Shown here: positions 1-5,319 of the stretch, in pieces
How the letters are laid out: the number at the start of each line of letters is the position of its first letter
Numbering within the stretch: the stretch's first letter is position 1
Source of the DNA: Octopus sinensis
Taxonomy: Eukaryota
Reading direction: 5' to 3'
Assembly (NCBI RefSeq): GCF_006345805.1
Contig: NW_021830085.1
Coordinates: forward strand, 1 to 5,319
DNA length: 5,319 bases
Translations under genes and position numbers: made by a program
Notes under the pieces: generated by a model
The model's database searches: none
Told to the model about the DNA's origin: nothing
What the model saw: the letters and a program-made list of their open reading frames with translations, nothing else

Positions 1-473
1 TCTATCCATATTTATTTAAACATATCCAATTTTATACAATAGTTTAAATGAGATTTTCCAACAAGTGCTTGGTTTTGTGAAGACGGTTTTCTGTTAATAA
101 ATATTGGCATAAAATAAATCAAGCAAGAATAAAAAATGAAATGTTTTTCATTCACTGATGTAACTAGCTAAAGATGAAGTAGTAATATTTGGGGTTAATA
201 CATTTAAGTATATTTTAGTAGCTGGTTTTCTGCACATAAGATATAATAGAATGATTATCTACTAATATTCTTTGGCGTAATTTTAACGAAATAGCAGCAA
301 ATGAAAGGGGAAAGAAAGAATTTAAATTTTCATAGCTAGCACAAACCAACGAAAATTGTTGTACATGTAATTACGTTTTGTTTTACTTTAGCAAAATCTC
401 CAATGATTTGAATCGACAACTATGACTGCAAAGTACAGATTTATCGACCCTGGAATAACCCAAGACTTAAATA

Positions 474-1310
474 ATAGATTTCAAGGAACGCAATGTACCA
501 TCAATGCCCTCTGTACTCTGGAGGAGGGCGAACTATCCGGCGTCTACAGAAGTTTACAATGATTTTTACGGTGACATAATTGACACAGTCTACATGTGAA
601 CACGATGAGAAACGACCTACTATGAACACTGATATGATTCGTCAGCCAGTGGACGTCTGACAATATTTGCACCTGCTGCACAAATGGATTCAGGCTACAA
701 TGCTATACGGGAGATGGTGAACCATTTAGAGTTACGAAAAAAGTGTATATGAGCGGCTCTGCACTTGACGCCCGATTTGAACGAAAGAAGTGCGTGACCT
801 TCTGAGAGTATTTGAAACTAATTAGTACATGTTTTCTTCTGCTCTGATAACAGCGGAAGAAACATGGCTGTATCTAAATGATTTATAATTGACGTTTTCC
901 TCCATAAAGTACCGTTACAACTTTTCTACAATACCTAAGGATTTAAGGAACCAGCGAACGATAGTGAAACTAATAGTGATGGTCTTGATTGGTTTTTATG
1001 ATAAAACATCATCATTCTACTAGATTTTTCTGGAAACTGCCAAATGCTTAAAAGCCATTAGGGTAGAAATTGAACAATAACATCATTGTAAAAAAAAATC
1101 AACAAAATATCAAATTTGGCTGGTCGTTTGTCCACCCATATATTTCCGATGTGGTACCCTCATATTCCTACATGATCGGGCCAATGAAGGACCGTTGGCA
1201 GTTAAAACAATTGTCACAGGCATTGTTGGTAAGTGTGGCTGTCAGTATATTGTTACGATGGTGCATACCTGTTTTGTTTCTGTCCAATAAGGCTTATGTG
1301 TTGTGTTTCA
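474..1310 (+). pseudogene. Degenerate mariner-family (Tc1/mariner, DD34D-type) transposase remnant
   Basis: Collinear degenerate mariner motifs read by eye. N-terminal QCTINALCTLEEGELSGVYRSLQ*..YGD (~490-575). HDEKRP at ~601, resembling DxxRSGRP. HLELRKKV..HLTPD at ~722-775, the WVPxxLT region. ITAEETWLY at 847-873, resembling ITGDETW. PKDLRNQRTIVKLIVMVLIGFYD...*IFLE at ~934-1035, resembling PKKxRxxxSxxKVMxxVFWD...DFLE; ETW-to-PK spacing is 22 aa as expected. LNNN at ~1070, resembling LHDN. FGW..HPYISDVVPSYSYMIGPMKD at 1115-1192, resembling LGW..HPPYSPDLAPSDxxLFGPLK. C-terminal LLRWCIPVLFLSNKAYV, resembling LVxRWxKCxxxxGDYV. Contains stops (886, 1021) and frameshifts. Boundaries are approximate and no TIRs were found. 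Confidence 0.8.
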
Positions 1311-1919
1311 CTATAATGCAAGCATAATAAAATTTCAGCACATTTGGCCCAAAATCTATATACATCATGAGTAGTATCCATCAAGCAGAATATCTGTATT
1401 TCATAAATTCACAAAAGGAATGCTTTCAAAGAATTCTTAACGCATATAAAAATTTACATATAAAATACAAAGAATAAACACGTGAAAACATTGAAGAACT
1501 TTACATTTATGCTGAAAATAAAGTTCATTTCCTTTTCTGTTTTATTCACCATTTTCTACTGTAAATTATTTCGTCACTGTTAAATACTTTTCAAAACTAT
1601 CTGATAGTTGTAAGGTTACATTGATACATTTAGTCGTTGCGGCTGTTGAAGATGACTCTTCCCGTAATTTCATGCTTAGACTAGTTTACTTTCATTACGA
1701 AAATTAATGCGTATATGCAGCTATACAATCTTAAAATTATCAAACGGACATCCAAGAGCGATGTACTTGGTATGTCCTTTTCAAACATATTTTCAATATA
1801 ATATTGAGAATATTCGGGGTTCAAAGGTAATCTATTACAAGCTCAAGCGCATAAATTTGATCAACTTAATAATGGATTAATAAATATTTCGCTTGGAAGG
1901 CACTAATGAACCTCTGTTA

Positions 1920-1998
1920 ACACACACACACATATATAGAGAGATACGCACGTATGTACATACATATGAATATATGCGTAAACACACACACACACACA
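1920..1998. repeat. Compound microsatellite: (AC)6, short TA/GA runs, then (AC)8
   Basis: acacacacacaca at 1920-1932 and (ac)8a at 1982-1998, with tatata/gagaga/tacatacat between them. Confidence 0.85.
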
Positions 1999-2054
1999 TT
2001 ATGCACAAACATTATACGTATTACATGTCTAAAATAAACTGTAATAATATGTGC

Positions 2055-2598
2055 ATATATATATTATTATATATATATATATATATATATAAATATATGT
2101 ATATATATAATATATATATATGTATATATATTATATTAAATATATGTATTATATATATATAATATGTATATATATATATATATATAAATATATGTTATAT
2201 ATATAAATATATAGGTATCTATATATATATATATGTATATATATTATATAATATGTATATCTATATATATTATATAAATATGTATATATATATATATATA
2301 TGTATATAGATATATATATATAAATATATGTATATATATATATATGTATATAATATATATTATAAATATATGTATATATATATATATATGTATAGAAATA
2401 TATTATATAATATATGTATATATATATATATATATATTGTATATAAATATATATATGTATATATATATATATATATATATGTATATAAATATATATATGG
2501 TAGATATATTATCCTATATATATATATGTATATAAATAGATATATGTATATATATGTATATAAATATATATATGTATATATAACTATATTTATATATG

Positions 2599-2629
<31 letters not shown>

Positions 2630-2987
2630 CTATATATATGTATATATATATAATATATATAATATGTATATATATATATATATATTGTAGATATATATAT
2701 ATATATATATATTATATGTATAGATATATATATATATATGTGTATAATATATATATGTATATATATATAATATGTTATATATATATATATATGTATATAT
2801 ATTATATGTATATATTATATATATATATATATCATATATTGTATATTATATATATATATGTAATATATATGTATATTATATATGTATATATATATTATAT
2901 ATATATATGTATATAGATAATATTATATATATATAGTATATATATATATAGTATATATATATGTATATATATATATATATATAGATA

Positions 2988-3028
<41 letters not shown>

Positions 3029-3359
3029 TATTATATACTATATATCTAAATATATATATATATATATGATATATATATATATATGTATAATATATATATA
3101 TATATATGTATATAATATATATATATATATAACTATATGTATATATATATAAATATATGTATATATAATATATATATGTATATATATATATATATATGTA
3201 GATATAGATATATATATATTGTATATAAATATATATATGTATATATCTATATAGATATATATATATATATGTATATAAATATTATATGTATATATGTAAT
3301 ATAAATATATATATGTATATCTATATATATATATATGTGTATATATATATATAGATATG

Positions 3360-3390
<31 letters not shown>

Positions 3391-3394
3391 CATG

Positions 3395-3436
<42 letters not shown>

Positions 3437-3507
3437 TATATATATATATATATGTATATAGAGATAATATATATATGTATATATTATATATGTATATATA
3501 TATATAT

Positions 3508-3545
<38 letters not shown>

Positions 3546-3561
3546 TTATATATCTATAATA

Positions 3562-3607
<46 letters not shown>

Positions 3608-3608
3608 G

Positions 3609-3644
<36 letters not shown>

Positions 3645-3861
3645 TATATAATATATTATGTTATTATATATGTATATATATATATGTATATATATTATAT
3701 ATATATATGTATATATATATATGTATATATCTATATGGTATATATATATATGTATATATATATATATTATAATATGTATATATATATATATAATATCTGT
3801 GTAATAATATATATATATATATTATATATATATATAATATATATATATATATATTATATAT

Positions 3862-3893
<32 letters not shown>

Positions 3894-4110
3894 GTATCAT
3901 ATATATATATATGTCTATATATATATTATATATTATATATATGATATATATATATATATAATGTATATCTATATATATATAGTATATATATATATTAATA
4001 TATATATATATGTATATATATATATCTGTATATATATATCTATATATGTAATATATATATATATGTATATTATATATATATATATATATATATAATATGT
4101 ATATATAATA
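2055..4110. repeat. Long interrupted (TA)n microsatellite / low-complexity tract (~2.05 kb)
   Basis: Almost continuous TA alternation with frequent TGT, AGA, TT and AA interruptions. Confidence 0.97.
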
Positions 4111-4259
4111 ACATTTTAGGAATGGCCTGAACAGGCATTCGTCCACCAGAAAGAGCAGCCATAAATCCAACCGCCAAGTATTAAATTCGGAAATAAGTGA
4201 AAATTTAAAAACATTTACCCTAATTCATCTTTTATACGATGCATCGTTTCGGTGTCTTT
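4111..4259. other. ~150 bp non-repetitive island between two (TA)n tracts; possible fragment of a small mobile element
   Basis: Abrupt switch from TA repeat to complex sequence (acattttaggaatggcc...tttcggtgtcttt) and back. Contains a hairpin (4120-4140) and a perfect 12-bp palindrome (4236-4247). Identity unknown. Confidence 0.6.
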
Positions 4260-4332
4260 ATATGTATATATATATATAATATTATATATAATATATATAT
4301 ATATATATGTATATATATATTATATATATATG

Positions 4333-4367
<35 letters not shown>

Positions 4368-4602
4368 TATATATGTATATATGTATATATATATATATAT
4401 ATTATGTATATATGTATATATATATATATTATATATATATATATAATATGTATATATAGATATATATATGTATATATGTATATATATATATATATATATT
4501 ATATATATGTATATATATATAGATATATGTATATATATATATAGATATATATGTATATAGATATATATATATATATTATATATACTATATGTATATATAT
4601 AT
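4260..4602. repeat. Second interrupted (TA)n tract (~340 bp)
   Basis: TA alternation with TGT/AGA interruptions; directly abuts the LINE 3' terminus. Confidence 0.97.
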
Positions 4603-4626
4603 AAAATCCGTAAAAATCCGTAAAAT
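4602..4626 (-). repeat. LINE 3'-terminal short tandem repeat, ~2.6 copies of a 9-10 nt unit
   Basis: Plus strand taaaatccg (4602-4610), taaaaatccg (4611-4620), taaaat (4621-4626); minus strand ATTTTA-CGGATTTTTA-CGGATTTTA. CR1/L2-group LINEs are known to end in short tandem repeats. Confidence 0.72.
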
Positions 4627-5318
4627 GTTTTAGCCCGAAGGCCGCGGCCATGCTGGGGCACCACCGCTGAATGAGCCACACTAGTTTGTGAATCACCTCT
4701 GATACGTGGCACTTGATCAAAAGGGAGTTCGATGCTGCTGCTGCCCGCATCCGTGTCTCCTGTCGTGAGGTAGGTTCATCTGGGACTCCCAACAAGAAGA
4801 GATCCAGTTTAGTTTTAAAGAAACCCACATCCACACCATGTAAGTCTCTCAGGCATTTAGGGAGGATGTTGAAAAGCTGGTCCTCTGAAACCAAGCTGTT
4901 GCAGTATCTGGACCTGTATTTTGATGGTGATGTTGGAATCCTTGGCACCACGCATCGGCGCCCCGTTCTGCGGTTGGAGTAACTTTGAATGCCAAAGTTT
5001 GGATAAGTCCCTCCATGATTTTCCAGATGTATATTACTGCATATCTCTCCCGCCTCCGCTCCAGGGAGAAGAGGTTTAATACTTCAGTCTTTCCCAGTAG
5101 CTGACACTTTGCATTGAGACGATTTTCTTTGTGTAGCTTCTCTGAGTTGCTTCGAGTTCTGCTGTTTTGTTTTATAGTGTGTGGTGACCAAAGTTGGGAG
5201 CAGTAGTCCAAGCGGCTGAGGACAATGTTTTCCATAGGACCATCATTGTCTCCTTCTCTCTTGTTCTGAAAGTTCGGAGAATCCATCCAGCTAGCTGTCT
5301 GCATTTTATCACCAGATT
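4627..5318 (-). pseudogene. Frameshifted C-terminal part of LINE ORF2 (reverse transcriptase thumb/C-terminal region; the catalytic YxDD motif lies outside the window)
   Basis: Manual reconstruction, brackets marking repaired indels: NLVIKCRQLAGWILRTFRTREKETMMVLWKTL[V]LSRLDYCSQLWSPHTIKQ[]TAELEATQRSYTKKIVSMQSVSYWERLK[V]LNLFSLERRRERYAVIYIWKIMEGL[I]PNFGIQSYSNRRTGRRCVVPRIPTSPSKYRSRYCNSL[G]FRG[P][54 protein letters not shown][D]QVPRIRG... No in-frame stops after repair. Track ORFs 4849..5304, 4499..4951 and 4320..4712 are pieces of this frame. Confidence 0.82.
4632..4667 (-). other. Two abutting predicted RNA stem-loops in the LINE 3' tail
   Basis: Minus strand GCGGUGGUGC-CCCA-GCAUGGCCGC (4667-4644) pairs at 9 of 10 positions (two G.U, one GxG mismatch). 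It is immediately followed by GGCC-UUCG-GGCU (4643-4632), a cUUCGg tetraloop. Confidence 0.6.
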
Positions 5319-5319
5319 A

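Larger units (their letters stand above)
4602..5319 (-). mobile_element. 3' end of a non-LTR retrotransposon (LINE), CR1/L2 group; continues beyond the right edge of the window
   Basis: The minus strand encodes typical post-RT motifs of CR1/L2-group ORF2 (GWILRTF, LSRLDYCSQLWSP, ELEATQRSYTKKI, YWERLK.LNLFSLERRRERY, LFNILP, FKTKLDLFL). These are followed by a GC-rich structured tail and a short terminal tandem repeat instead of poly(A). The exact clade needs a database search. Confidence 0.9.

Noticed and set aside
1-470. Possible host exons or RNA genes in the AT-rich unique flanks (also 1330-1900)
   Set aside because: No ORF, tRNA or rRNA pattern, or convincing splice structure is recognisable; small exons cannot be excluded without transcript data.
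1070-1327. 85-aa ORF as an independent gene
   Set aside because: It starts at TTG and is the C-terminal part of the decayed mariner transposase, with catalytic residues lost.
200-1400. Terminal inverted repeats for the mariner remnant
   Set aside because: Comparing ~200-470 with the reverse complement of ~1310-1400 by eye gave only short chance matches.
4111-4140. Helitron 3' end (hairpin followed by CTAA on the minus strand)
   Set aside because: CTAA follows the hairpin immediately instead of about 10 nt later, is not at the island boundary, and there is no matching 5' TC terminus.
1893-4544. Multiple Y/I-rich ORFs on both strands (1893..2162, 2328..2690, 2344..2535, 2596..2916, 3525..3863, 3664..4170, 3892..4095, 4239..4544, 4252..4446)
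   Set aside because: (TA)n translates as Tyr-Ile repeats with few stops; these are microsatellite artefacts, not genes.
2055-4602. TATA boxes (TATAAA) within the TA tracts
   Set aside because: They are expected by chance in TA repeat, and there is no other promoter evidence.
4602-4626. CRISPR-like or regulatory direct repeats
   Set aside because: The units are 9-10 nt, directly adjacent with no spacers, and in a eukaryotic LINE-tail context.
4622-4712. HDV-like ribozyme in the LINE tail (hairpin followed by CUAA resembles P4-J4/2)
   Set aside because: I could not build the nested double pseudoknot: there is no GG for P1.1 after the candidate P1 strand, no CC in the candidate L3, and P3 is weak. 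Such ribozymes normally lie at retrotransposon 5' ends.
4734-4744. Short (GCT)n triplet run
   Set aside because: It is under 4 full units and simply encodes the RAAAAS alanine run of ORF2.
4713-4982. 89-aa plus-strand ORF
   Set aside because: It is antisense to LINE ORF2, has no recognisable motif, and is explained as a shadow of the coding strand.

Overview
AT-rich eukaryotic (probably invertebrate) repeat-rich DNA with no host gene I can support. From left to right: (1) a heavily decayed mariner-family transposase remnant on + (~474-1310); (2) AT-rich unique sequence and a short compound (CA)n microsatellite; (3) a ~2.05 kb interrupted (TA)n tract (2055-4110); (4) a ~150 bp unique island containing a hairpin and a partial hammerhead-ribozyme-like motif; (5) a second (TA)n tract (4260-4602); (6) the 3' end of a CR1/L2-group non-LTR retrotransposon on the - strand (4602-5319). 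The LINE's ORF2 C-terminus can be rebuilt without stop codons by correcting about 7 small indels, and it ends in two abutting stem-loops and a short tandem repeat. Most ORFs in the supplied track (YIYI...) are artefacts of the TA repeat. I find no supportable new multi-gene system. The best leads are the structured LINE 3' tail, the partial hammerhead-like motif in the island, and an indel pattern suggesting a young LINE read with long-read errors. All alignments, folds and counts were done by eye, and family motifs are from memory rather than a database search.
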